Virus record (IMG/VR): IMGVR_UViG_3300048573_000087
Span: 1 to 50,933 of that record
DNA from: a virus
Lineage: Duplodnaviria > Caudoviricetes
Reading direction: 5' to 3' (one strand)
Length of the DNA: 50,933 bases
In this document: positions 1 to 8,316 of the stretch, one piece after another
Layout: every line of letters starts with the position of its first letter
Numbering within the stretch: position 1 is the stretch's first letter
Notes under the pieces: model-generated
Told to the model about the DNA's origin: nothing
Seen by the model: the letters and a program-made list of their open reading frames with translations, nothing else
The model's database searches: none
Program-made: the position numbers and the translations under genes

Positions 1-26
1 TGATAGTACACCACAAGGATATAGCT

Positions 27-302
27 ATGCTATTTACCAGAGATGAAATTGCAAACTTCATTAAAGCGCACCCCATTAATACCGGAGGCGCCATAGCGCA
101 GCACATCATAACGCAAGAGGAAATAGACGATGGTGATTTATACATTCGGGTTATTGTTCCTTATTGGTCGCAAAATTCATTGGTTTCTTACAACGTACTC
201 CACTTCGTAATGGATGCTGTAAGTCAGGGAGCAATCGTATTTATACACGATACGTTGAGTTTTGCGGTGGACTTTTATATTAGCGTGTGTGACCCGGATT
301 GA
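27..302 (+). CDS. hypothetical early protein
   Basis: 91-aa ORF with AAGGA 7 nt upstream of the ATG; no recognisable motif. Confidence 0.55.
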   Translation: MLFTRDEIANFIKAHPINTGGAIAQHIITQEEIDDGDLYIRVIVPYWSQNSLVSYNVLHFVMDAVSQGAIVFIHDTLSFAVDFYISVCDPD

Positions 303-344
303 TGATAGTTCCCGGCCACAAGGATGTCGCTACGGCCCCTGTAA

Positions 345-357
345 TAAGTAGTTGATT
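345..357 (-). promoter_or_regulatory. IHF-like binding site
   Basis: Reverse strand reads AATCAACTACTTA, matching WATCAANNNNTTR; immediately upstream of the -35 of the 362-390 promoter. Confidence 0.45.
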
Positions 358-361
358 TGAT

Positions 362-390
362 TTGACATTACATTAGACTTGTGGTATAAT
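362..390 (+). promoter_or_regulatory. consensus sigma70 early promoter
   Basis: TTGACA-N17-TATAAT with an extended -10 TG. Confidence 0.9.
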
Positions 391-466
391 GTCGTTAACA
401 AATGGAGCTACGCGCGCATATACGTGTGCGCGCCTATTCCTTTTATATACACACGCGGCGGTACCC

Positions 467-482
467 GTAGTCTACAGACTAC
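467..482. repeat. 16-bp palindrome copy (AC centre)
   Basis: GTAGTCTACAGACTAC. Confidence 0.95.
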
Positions 483-502
483 ACTTAACAGGAGAAACAA
501 CG

Positions 503-691
503 ATGGACGCTAGACGCTTAGGGCATGTATGGGACGACGACGCCTGCTGCATATATTGCGGCTTCGATGCCGCCGAAGAATATCACTTACGCATCACTTG
601 TGTAGAACCGGGCGAACGCCAACCACAACCAGATTGGGCTACATACTGCAAGAAACGTGGTGCCATACAGGAGAATTGCAATGAGCCATAA
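503..691 (+). CDS. small Cys-rich hypothetical protein
   Basis: Start moved to ATG 503 (AGGAG upstream); H-x5-CCxxC pattern. Confidence 0.65.
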   Translation: MDARRLGHVWDDDACCIYCGFDAAEEYHLRITCVEPGERQPQPDWATYCKKRGAIQENCNEP

Positions 692-944
692 CCTTACTGT
701 TCGCGTATTTCGCCGTAACGTAGGCCATCTGCAATCTGATCTAAGCAAGGATTTTGAAATTGATACGGTCAAGGGACTTATGCCCGACGCCATGAACACG
801 GCCACAGCGCAAGCCAAACAACAAAGCCGCAAGGATACGAGTTCCTATTATGGAACCGAAGTGTGGCACACAACGCTCGAAACATGGGTGCATCGTACCT
901 TGTACTATAAGGGATATGAAATCTCAGCGCGGGGTAGTCTGTAG
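681..944 (+). CDS. hypothetical protein
   Basis: AGGAG before ATG 681; TAG stop lies inside a palindrome copy. Confidence 0.65.
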   Translation: MSHNLTVRVFRRNVGHLQSDLSKDFEIDTVKGLMPDAMNTATAQAKQQSRKDTSSYYGTEVWHTTLETWVHRTLYYKGYEISARGSL

Positions 945-949
945 ACTAC
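934..949. repeat. 16-bp palindrome copy (GT centre)
   Basis: GTAGTCTGTAGACTAC. Confidence 0.95.
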
Positions 950-1016
950 GCCAATCAACGCCTCATCTCCCAATGATGGTAGTTCCCCTCAACCCGGATG
1001 TAGCTACGGAGGTTGT

Positions 1017-1364
1017 ATGACACACCAAGCAAATACAGGCAACAATCACCAGATAACACTGGCAGACACCATATCACGCGAGGCCATTGAGGGTATTGCG
1101 GAAGCCCTACATACCGGCTTCACGTCATTGAATGAATGCGGCTTGCCCGTTGGTAAGGATTCGCTCGTCGATGATGTATATACAAAGGTGATCTTGGATA
1201 TAGCCAAGGTTATCTATACAGGAAATCCCGCGTTCGATAGCAAGCGGTTCCTTGTGCGTGTGTGGGAAAGCAAGCCAGCCAAGAAAACATCGGAGGATGT
1301 GGCAGAACCCGGAAATCAACTGGCGCCCAGCAACACCGACGTTCGCTACGGACTGGAAGATTAA
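1017..1364 (+). CDS. hypothetical protein
   Basis: GGAGG RBS; NPAFDSKRF motif of a type recurrent in small early phage proteins. Confidence 0.7.
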   Translation: MTHQANTGNNHQITLADTISREAIEGIAEALHTGFTSLNECGLPVGKDSLVDDVYTKVILDIAKVIYTGNPAFDSKRFLVRVWESKPAKKTSEDVAEPGNQLAPSNTDVRYGLED

Positions 1365-1365
1365 C

Positions 1366-1381
1366 GTAGTCTACAGACTAC
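1366..1381. repeat. 16-bp palindrome copy (AC centre)
   Basis: GTAGTCTACAGACTAC, 4 nt upstream of the tRNA. Confidence 0.95.
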
Positions 1382-1385
1382 ACAT

Positions 1386-1461
1386 GACCGCTCATGTTCC
1401 AAGGCTGGCGAGCGAGACTCCAAATCTTGCTGGGGCGGTTCGATTCCGTCAGTGGTCGCCA
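1386..1461 (+). tRNA. tRNA-Trp (CCA)
   Basis: 76 nt; acceptor GACCGCT/AGTGGTC, anticodon arm CGAGA-CTCCAAA-TCTTG, T arm GGCGG-TTCGATT-CCGTC, encoded 3' CCA. Confidence 0.9.
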
Positions 1462-1468
1462 ATTAAGT

Positions 1469-1492
1469 GAGGGGCGTATGCCCCTCTTTTTT
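1469..1492 (+). terminator. intrinsic terminator
   Basis: GAGGGGC-GTAT-GCCCCTC followed by TTTTTT, just after the tRNA. Confidence 0.85.
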
Positions 1493-1517
1493 AATGCCTA
1501 AAATCAATGGAGGTTAA

Positions 1518-1742
1518 ATGACCGATCAATGGTTTTATTCACAGGCACCCCATCCCATAATAGGTGGGCACACTCTTGCTGAGGATGATACCTACATTTT
1601 AATGGAACAGCGGGGGCAATGGTATTTAGTGAGTCGCGCCACCGGGAATGGGCATAAGTTACCCGTGCCATTGCCTGATTTGGATAAGGATGATTTACTC
1701 GCTTGGGCCAAGGGTAGAACACTTAAAGCCATACTCAACTAA
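1518..1742 (+). CDS. hypothetical protein
   Basis: GGAGG RBS; 74 aa. Confidence 0.65.
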   Translation: MTDQWFYSQAPHPIIGGHTLAEDDTYILMEQRGQWYLVSRATGNGHKLPVPLPDLDKDDLLAWAKGRTLKAILN

Positions 1743-1758
1743 CTATGGAGGATATAGC

Positions 1759-1998
1759 ATGTCAAGTCTTGCGTTAGCATTGCACGCTGTACAAAGTACC
1801 GCACCACACGCAAAAGCGGAGAAGTGGGCCTTCACTGTTACATACACGGATGGTCACGGCTTTACTCATTGGTCCGTAACCAGCCCCCCAAGGTACACAT
1901 CTAAGGGAGAGGCGTTGTATTGGGCCTATGCTGAGTGCCAGAAACATGGGTATACTCCTGCGGCTCGTGGTATTTCAATAAGTACCCGTAAACAGTAA
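1759..1998 (+). CDS. hypothetical protein
   Basis: GGAGG RBS before ATG 1759 (MSSLAL...). Confidence 0.65.
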   Translation: MSSLALALHAVQSTAPHAKAEKWAFTVTYTDGHGFTHWSVTSPPRYTSKGEALYWAYAECQKHGYTPAARGISISTRKQ

Positions 1999-2141
1999 CG
2001 ATTCACTAATACACAACGGACTCCTTTTCCGGTGATGATAGTTCATCGCCACAAGGATGTCGTTGTGCCACAAAAGGCGGTACGCCGCTGAGGTACGCAA
2101 TCCTGCGTACCGCAAACCAAGTAAACTACGGAGATTAAAAG

Positions 2142-2441
2142 ATGGATATGACCAATGGAGTTGACGGCTGCTGCTCGACTAACCTACTGCATCATCTGGA
2201 CAACATCACCAATGCGGATGTACTGGAATATCTCGGTTCTAGCTATCAGGACGGCACCAAGATGATTATCGCTATTACCGCTGACTACCAAAAGAAAGCT
2301 GTAGGTGTTCTGAAATCATGCGGCTTCAAGAACTCGCGCCGTATGGTGAACAAAGAGCATACCGACAATATATATGGAATTACCCTGTGGTATCGTTCGA
2401 CACGCCCAGCAGCCAAGAAGAAGGCCAAGCGTCGTAAGTAG
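2142..2441 (+). CDS. hypothetical protein with basic C-terminus
   Basis: GGAG RBS; ends AAKKKAKRRK; stop lies inside a palindrome copy. Confidence 0.7.
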   Translation: MDMTNGVDGCCSTNLLHHLDNITNADVLEYLGSSYQDGTKMIIAITADYQKKAVGVLKSCGFKNSRRMVNKEHTDNIYGITLWYRSTRPAAKKKAKRRK

Positions 2442-2453
2442 TCTGTAGACTAC
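2438..2453. repeat. 16-bp palindrome copy (GT centre)
   Basis: GTAGTCTGTAGACTAC. Confidence 0.95.
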
Positions 2454-2463
2454 GGTAAGTAAT

Positions 2464-2489
2464 GGCCCCTGCAATGGTGCGGGGCCTTT
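2464..2489 (+). terminator. probable weak terminator hairpin
   Basis: GGCCCC(T)GCA-ATGG-TGCGGGGCC followed by TTT. Confidence 0.5.
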
Positions 2490-2521
2490 GGGCCTAGTAA
2501 TCACAATGGAGAAAAGCAAAC

Positions 2522-3466
2522 ATGGCAGCAATACCAAAGCGGGCTTCATACACAAACGTGCATCAGAGGCCGAGGGCCGAACCGAAACTGGAATCATCGG
2601 CCCAACGGTCCCTGACTGTGGGAGCCGACCCGGAAATGTTCGCAACGGACGATGTGGGAAAGATTCGCAGCGTAATCGGCCTTATTGGCGGGAGCAAGTT
2701 AAGGCCGCTGCAAGTAGGCGAAGGCTTCTTCGTGCAGGAGGACAACGTAGCACTGGAGTTCAACATTCCGCCAGCGACGAGGAAATCTGAGTTCATCAAG
2801 TATATTCAAGCCGGTGTGGGGCATTGCCGCGCGGCGCTCACTAAGGTTAATCTGCACATGCACATTGCGGGCAGCGTGGATATGCCGGATAGCGAGTTGC
2901 AATCTCCGTCTGCGTTCGAGTTCGGGTGCAACCCGTTTCATAACGCATGGTCATTTGAAAAACCAAAGGCGCTGTCAATGGATATGCTGGATAACCCCGC
3001 CACTCGGTTTGCGGCGGGCCATGTTCACATTGGTATTCCCGGCATTACCTCGGACCCGTTGTTACGTGCCTATTGGGCTCGCGCTCTGGATGTATGTTTA
3101 GCGGCACCGGCTTTGTGGTGGATGACTGAGGTTGAACTGGCGCAAGAGCGTGTGCGACGTACCATGTACGGAAAGGCCGGGTCATTCAGGCCCAAGCCCT
3201 ACGGCTTGGAGTATATCTCACTGAGCAACTTCTGGATAAAAGACAGTGCCAGAATTGGTGCCGTATGGGACGCCATATACTACGTGCATACCATATACGG
3301 ACCCGCCAAGCACGGCCCCCGGCTTGGAAACCAAGATTATCAGACGGCGGCTGCATTGTGCGATGCGATCAACGCCTGTGACAAAGAGGGAGCCAAACTT
3401 GGTATACAACTATTAGTTGGGGTTGCTGCGGCTAAGCAGTTGATGGAACTGCCGCGTAATCAGTGA
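2522..3466 (+). CDS. phiEco32-like COOH-NH2 ligase type 2
   Basis: TVGADPE, EDNVALEFNI, FGCNP, RFAAGHVHIG, RRTMYGKAGSFRPKPYGLEY..LSNFW motifs. Confidence 0.9.
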   Translation: MAAIPKRASYTNVHQRPRAEPKLESSAQRSLTVGADPEMFATDDVGKIRSVIGLIGGSKLRPLQVGEGFFVQEDNVALEFNIPPATRKSEFIKYIQAGVGHCRAALTKVNLHMHIAGSVDMPDSELQSPSAFEFGCNPFHNAWSFEKPKALSMDMLDNPATRFAAGHVHIGIPGITSDPLLRAYWARALDVCLAAPALWWMTEVELAQERVRRTMYGKAGSFRPKPYGLEYISLSNFWIKDSARIGAVWDAIYYVHTIYGPAKHGPRLGNQDYQTAAALCDAINACDKEGAKLGIQLLVGVAAAKQLMELPRNQ

Positions 3467-3474
3467 GCCATATC

Positions 3475-3490
3475 GTAGTCTACAGACTAC
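3475..3490. repeat. 16-bp palindrome copy (AC centre)
   Basis: GTAGTCTACAGACTAC, intergenic. Confidence 0.95.
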
Positions 3491-3511
3491 GCAACCTGTT
3501 GGAGACTACTT

Positions 3512-4348
3512 ATGTTTGTGGAGACTTCTGATGAGTTAAATCATCGCTACGCACAGACTTTTATTGGTGCGCGTGAGGATGGTGTGGTTGTGCCAGTATA
3601 CGTTGGGCGGTTCTCTAAGGTTAACCCTAAACATTCTACCTTAGAGGGCGCCAAGTACATAGCAAGAGGCGACTCTGTTGTTCAGGAATTGTTTTCTCGG
3701 ATAGTTAATTATGAGGACATTGTATGGGCAGCGCCTTTGCTTGGGTATGTTAATTGCCGGGACAAGATAGTTAAGTGGGTGTCGCGTGCTCCCGAGGCTC
3801 AACCGGCCCGAACGCGGGGACTCTTACCTTCCTTAACAATGTATTCCTATTGGAACCCTGATGCCTCGGGGTTTGTGCGTCTAACTATGCGGCGTCTCTT
3901 TGAGAACCCAGCCGAATCATGGGATATTCCGTCAGTGTATAACCCTGTGTATATGGCGGCTGATGAAGCATGGGGGCGCATTAGGAGCAACGAGTACGTT
4001 GGCGCGGCGATTAGCCGTAACATTGCTATGATAAAAACGCGACTATCGCGCAAGCCTGTTGTGTTTTACAAAGACTTGGTGGCGGGGCTATACGATAAAA
4101 GTGGCACTATATTCCTTCTACCGCACGCACACCTATTGTACGAGGAAATGTCGTTGTATGCTCCGTGTGAGAAGGTAGAAGCAAAAGAAGTAGCGCGTGC
4201 GCCTTTTGCATCTGTGGGCACAGCCGCTCAGCCGCTACAATACATTTGGGCGGCAGACAGGGAGGCCCCCCGGTTTAATATAAATCCGGGTATGTTTAAT
4301 GTTGCAATTCACAACGGAGATGAGGACAATGAAGAACCAAATTGGTAA
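3512..4348 (+). CDS. hypothetical protein in amidoligase cluster
   Basis: 278 aa; GGAG RBS; lies between the two ligase genes. Confidence 0.75.
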   Translation: MFVETSDELNHRYAQTFIGAREDGVVVPVYVGRFSKVNPKHSTLEGAKYIARGDSVVQELFSRIVNYEDIVWAAPLLGYVNCRDKIVKWVSRAPEAQPARTRGLLPSLTMYSYWNPDASGFVRLTMRRLFENPAESWDIPSVYNPVYMAADEAWGRIRSNEYVGAAISRNIAMIKTRLSRKPVVFYKDLVAGLYDKSGTIFLLPHAHLLYEEMSLYAPCEKVEAKEVARAPFASVGTAAQPLQYIWAADREAPRFNINPGMFNVAIHNGDEDNEEPNW

Positions 4349-5267
4349 GATGTTTGGGCACCCATCTGACCCGCGCACATTCGCGGTGGACGACAGGTGG
4401 CCGTTACCTGATTGCTGCATAGGGCTGGAATTGGAGTTTGAGAACGCCGCGCAGCAGGAAGATGTGTATCGTATAATAATGCCAAAGTTCGTTGCGTTTG
4501 GGCATGACCCCTCGCTACGTGGTGACGGCATTGAGTTGCGTTTCACACATCCGCTGTCCGGGGTTGATCTTACAGCAGCTATTACCGAACTTATGATGAT
4601 AGTTGCTGAGTTCGCACGGAAGAACGAATCCCCTCTGGCGCTGAACTTACGGACTAGCCTCCATGTGCATCTGGATGTGCGTAACCTTACGCCGGAGCAG
4701 TTCCGTCGGCTAAAGATGGTATCTATTATGTTCGAGAAGGTACTGTTTCATTATTGTAGCCCAACGCGGGAATACAATAATTTTTGCTTACCCACCTATC
4801 GGGCAGAGGAACTACGTCAACAGTACGCAAACATTCTTGATGCAAATAGAGGCGACGAAGTATTGCCGGTATTCATACAAGGGGCCAGCAAGTACATGGC
4901 AATAAATTTCCTGACACTCAAGGAATTCGGTAGCGTGGAGTTCAGGATGCATCAAGGAACCTTGGATATGGACGAGGTTATCGAGTGGGTGTCCATAATT
5001 CAATGCCTTAAGAAGGCGGCGCTGGACATGCAGTTTGATGGTCCGACAGAGCTAGTTATTCAGGTATCTAAGCTAGGGGCAAGGCCGTTAGGAATGCAGA
5101 TATTCGGACCATTGTGGCACGAGTTGGATTATCCTGATGCAGAAGTAGACATAATGCACGGGGCTCGTTTTGTTCAAGACTTGCTTCTGCTTCCTAAGTT
5201 GCAGTACGATACTTTTAGTAAGGCGGATTTGGCTGTTGTGGAAGAAGCAATGCGGAAACACACGTAG
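4329..5267 (+). CDS. putative amidoligase (Amidoligase_2 family)
   Basis: IGLELE, HDPSLRGDGIE, TSLHVHLD, KYMAIN, GSVEFR motifs; start at 4329 or 4320. Confidence 0.88.
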   Translation: MKNQIGKMFGHPSDPRTFAVDDRWPLPDCCIGLELEFENAAQQEDVYRIIMPKFVAFGHDPSLRGDGIELRFTHPLSGVDLTAAITELMMIVAEFARKNESPLALNLRTSLHVHLDVRNLTPEQFRRLKMVSIMFEKVLFHYCSPTREYNNFCLPTYRAEELRQQYANILDANRGDEVLPVFIQGASKYMAINFLTLKEFGSVEFRMHQGTLDMDEVIEWVSIIQCLKKAALDMQFDGPTELVIQVSKLGARPLGMQIFGPLWHELDYPDAEVDIMHGARFVQDLLLLPKLQYDTFSKADLAVVEEAMRKHT

Positions 5268-5279
5268 TCTACAGACTAC
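5264..5279. repeat. 16-bp palindrome copy (AC centre)
   Basis: GTAGTCTACAGACTAC; supplies the TAG stop. Confidence 0.95.
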
Positions 5280-5305
5280 ACCACTTAACACTAGGAGATT
5301 ATGAT

Positions 5306-6829
5306 ATGTGCGGTATTCATGGGTATATAGGTAGTGTTCCGTTTGCAGCAGACAAACCAAGCGGAGCACATGTTCGGGACGTTGTGCGTGACGGGTTCAT
5401 AACTGGCATGGTACGAGGCGTACACTCAGCGGGATTATTTGCTGTTCCCAAAAATCAAGAGAAGGAAATTCCGTTTCTCAAGAGAGCGTACAATGGGCTA
5501 GATTTCGTTAATGCAGCGCCAGTTAAGGACCTTCTTAGCGATTTTGCCCTGATGAACGGCTACGTTGGCCACGTTAGGTGGGCCACTAAGGGGGACGTGC
5601 ATAGGGACAACGCGCACCCGTTCCAGCACGGACCTATTACGATGGTCCACAATGGAACCATACTAAATGAGCGATCACTGGGCGATTGGGGCTATGGTAC
5701 GGACAGTGAATACATTTGTCGCAGCTTAGCCGAACGCCCGGACCCGAGGGATACAATCAAACTTCTAAATGGTCCATTTGTTTTGGTGTGGCATGACCGC
5801 CGGACCAATAAGATGTATATGACACGAAACAAGGAACGGGAATTGGCATATTCGTATGTCAAGGACCGCAACTTGCTGCTCTTTGCCAGCGAGTGGCCGA
5901 TGCTACAATGGTTGGCTTGGCGGAACTACATTGAGTTGGAGGATATCGAATCGGTAACTCCGTATGATATTCTGGAGTTCCCTGTGGATGAGCCAAGAGG
6001 CCGTGTGATTATCAAGGCCGAGGAATATAAGCCACCAGCGCCGCTTTACCCGCAACACCACCACTCGGGGGGTGCCACTGGAAACGGAAATTTTATCCGA
6101 AAGGCCCTTTCAATAGTGCAGACGAGCACGAGTGGTGGGAATGGGTCTGATGTTCCGGCCAATGTGAAAGAGGGGCGAATAATCGAATTTGCGGTGACTG
6201 ATGTTTACCTTAACAAGAACGTCAGCCGCACTGGTGTTATCGAGGGAGTAATGGTCGATGCGCCGGGTTGGCGTGTTGTGTGCCGTGCGGTGGATATGCG
6301 TAAGTTCTCCGGCGGAAAACTCCTGCTAGGCAAGGTTGCTAGTTACGTGTGTCTCGGCTCAAGCTGGCCTACAGTCTATGTGGCCTTTGTCAATGAGTCC
6401 CAAAACCCCGACGTGCTCAAGGATGGCACGCCCGGAACATACAAGAAGCATTATAAGAAGTACAAAGAAGTGGAGCAGAATCCCATACTGCAACCGGACT
6501 ACGCCGTAAAAAAACCGAAGCCAATAATACTGGATTCAGAGATGGACCCGGACGACGTTTGGGTTGAGGTTCAGAATGAGTCCTTAAAGTGCCTAAATGA
6601 CGAGGAATATCCGGGATGGCACCGTATGGTTACACTTGATGGGCGGCTGTACTCCGTAGCAGCGGCATCAGCCATACTTGAGAAGGATAAGTGCGCGTGG
6701 TGCGGGGACCCATTCCAAAACCTCAAGGACATTAAGCATGTAGACATGGACCATGTGTGCGGGCATAATTGTGCAGATGCTATTCCATTCTTGAAAATGG
6801 GCTCTGTAGATACAGCTAAAACCCACTAA
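5306..6829 (+). CDS. class II (Ntn) glutamine amidotransferase with C-terminal extension
   Basis: MCGI N-terminal Cys, GHVRWAT, NAHPF, HNGT, TDSE; C-terminal CxxC...CxxxC. Confidence 0.9.
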   Translation: MCGIHGYIGSVPFAADKPSGAHVRDVVRDGFITGMVRGVHSAGLFAVPKNQEKEIPFLKRAYNGLDFVNAAPVKDLLSDFALMNGYVGHVRWATKGDVHRDNAHPFQHGPITMVHNGTILNERSLGDWGYGTDSEYICRSLAERPDPRDTIKLLNGPFVLVWHDRRTNKMYMTRNKERELAYSYVKDRNLLLFASEWPMLQWLAWRNYIELEDIESVTPYDILEFPVDEPRGRVIIKAEEYKPPAPLYPQHHHSGGATGNGNFIRKALSIVQTSTSGGNGSDVPANVKEGRIIEFAVTDVYLNKNVSRTGVIEGVMVDAPGWRVVCRAVDMRKFSGGKLLLGKVASYVCLGSSWPTVYVAFVNESQNPDVLKDGTPGTYKKHYKKYKEVEQNPILQPDYAVKKPKPIILDSEMDPDDVWVEVQNESLKCLNDEEYPGWHRMVTLDGRLYSVAAASAILEKDKCAWCGDPFQNLKDIKHVDMDHVCGHNCADAIPFLKMGSVDTAKTH

Positions 6830-6843
6830 CTAGGAGATAGCCA

Positions 6844-7629
6844 ATGGTTGCGTTTAACCTACTGTACGTTGAGAAAACTACTCTGAAGCGGATACAGCTT
6901 ACAAACGAGGCATGTTTTGCTCGACTGCAAGCAGCCGGGGGGCACATACACTGGTATGAGGATGGAAAAGACCATAGCATAGACCGAGACAAGGGCGATA
7001 AACTGACTAGTATACGGTATTTTCCGGCCTTGTCTAAATTAATAGACAAGGCCAGTGTAGACCGCTTTTTCGCGGAGTTACGGGAAGCAATGCCGGAGTT
7101 ACCGTGGGGGGTGTACGACTTCGCGCACTGGCGTCGGTATGGTATTTCGGTTAATATGACCAAATACTCAGGGCCCGCTGTTATTGGACTATTCTCAGCA
7201 ATCCGCTACCCGGATGAATACCCAAGCGCCATAACACGGTATTTTCTTCTGCGGGATGTTGTTGGGTTGGATGTGTTGCCTGCTTTCTTTATGATGCATA
7301 ACTTTTCTGAGTTGGATAGCAACGGAAAAAATTGGGAGTATATATCAAGCTGCGGTGGGGGGCACGCAATGTTATCGGGTAAAACCATGTATGAGGTATG
7401 TTATAAGCATTTTGTTCACAAGAAGTGGGTGCCTGTTATGACCGATATGAAGCCTTTTTCGGAGAGTTGGAACTACCTTGGTATTCAGGATTTATTCTGT
7501 CTAGCATCAGATACCTATAAGACTGGGTTCTCCACTAAGCATAAACCACCGCCGGGTCTTATTTACGGGAGTACCCTTGACAACACTGAGTTGTTAGTAA
7601 CCATAGCAAATAACTGGAGCACACCATGA
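6844..7629 (+). CDS. hypothetical protein in amidoligase cluster
   Basis: 261 aa; AGGAG RBS; ATGA overlap with the next gene. Confidence 0.7.
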   Translation: MVAFNLLYVEKTTLKRIQLTNEACFARLQAAGGHIHWYEDGKDHSIDRDKGDKLTSIRYFPALSKLIDKASVDRFFAELREAMPELPWGVYDFAHWRRYGISVNMTKYSGPAVIGLFSAIRYPDEYPSAITRYFLLRDVVGLDVLPAFFMMHNFSELDSNGKNWEYISSCGGGHAMLSGKTMYEVCYKHFVHKKWVPVMTDMKPFSESWNYLGIQDLFCLASDTYKTGFSTKHKPPPGLIYGSTLDNTELLVTIANNWSTP

Positions 7630-8285
7630 AAGCAAAACCAGTAATTCTTGTATTGGGCGATCAACTTGACGCTCGCCCGTTCGTACCACACGGGAACATA
7701 CGGTTCAGTTACCGCGATCAGTACGCTATAACGGCGGCGGCAGACGCGGATGTTATTATGTTCGCCGGGGGAAATGATGTTGACCCCAATCTATACGGGG
7801 AGCAATCCGGCTCTTACACAGCACTCCCGGATTATCACCGGGACAGCATAGAGCAGGAGGTATTTGCCGTTGCCCTAAAGAGGAAAATACCAATGGTCGG
7901 TATCTGCCGTGGCGCTCAATTCGGCTGTGTGATGTCCGGCGGTAAGCTGTTCCAGCATGTTACAGGCCACGGACTACGTGGTGGGCATCCTGCCTCAACC
8001 AGTGACGGGGAGGAAATCTATGTTACAAGCACTCATCACCAGATGCTTAATGTCCGGGGGACTAACCACCAACTCTTGGCTTGGGCGTCTCCTAACCGCT
8101 CGAAGGAATACCTTGGGGAGAGTGATAATCCTCAAGTTCCTCCAGAGCAAGAGCCCGAGGTAGTGTGGTTTCCCAATACTCGGTTTTTGGCGGCACAGTA
8201 TCACCCGGAGTATATGGATGAGGCCACTACCGGGTGGAAGTATTACCAGAAGTTACTCACAAAGTATATCTTCAACCAAGCGTAG
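7626..8285 (+). CDS. class I glutamine amidotransferase / peptidase C26 (PuuD-like)
   Basis: GGNDVDP, GICRGAQ, STHHQ, QYHPE catalytic motifs. Confidence 0.9.
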   Translation: MKAKPVILVLGDQLDARPFVPHGNIRFSYRDQYAITAAADADVIMFAGGNDVDPNLYGEQSGSYTALPDYHRDSIEQEVFAVALKRKIPMVGICRGAQFGCVMSGGKLFQHVTGHGLRGGHPASTSDGEEIYVTSTHHQMLNVRGTNHQLLAWASPNRSKEYLGESDNPQVPPEQEPEVVWFPNTRFLAAQYHPEYMDEATTGWKYYQKLLTKYIFNQA

Positions 8286-8297
8286 TCTATAGACTAC
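8282..8297. repeat. 16-bp palindrome copy (AT centre)
   Basis: GTAGTCTATAGACTAC; supplies the TAG stop. Confidence 0.95.
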
Positions 8298-8316
8298 ACA
8301 AACATAGGAGAACATC

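Noticed and set aside
389-502. N-terminal extension of ORF 389-691
   Set aside because: It starts inside the -10 box and spans the leader and palindrome; the RBS supports ATG 503.
1252-1470. 72-aa ORF from the ORF track
   Set aside because: It overlaps the tRNA-Trp and a better-supported ORF; spurious.
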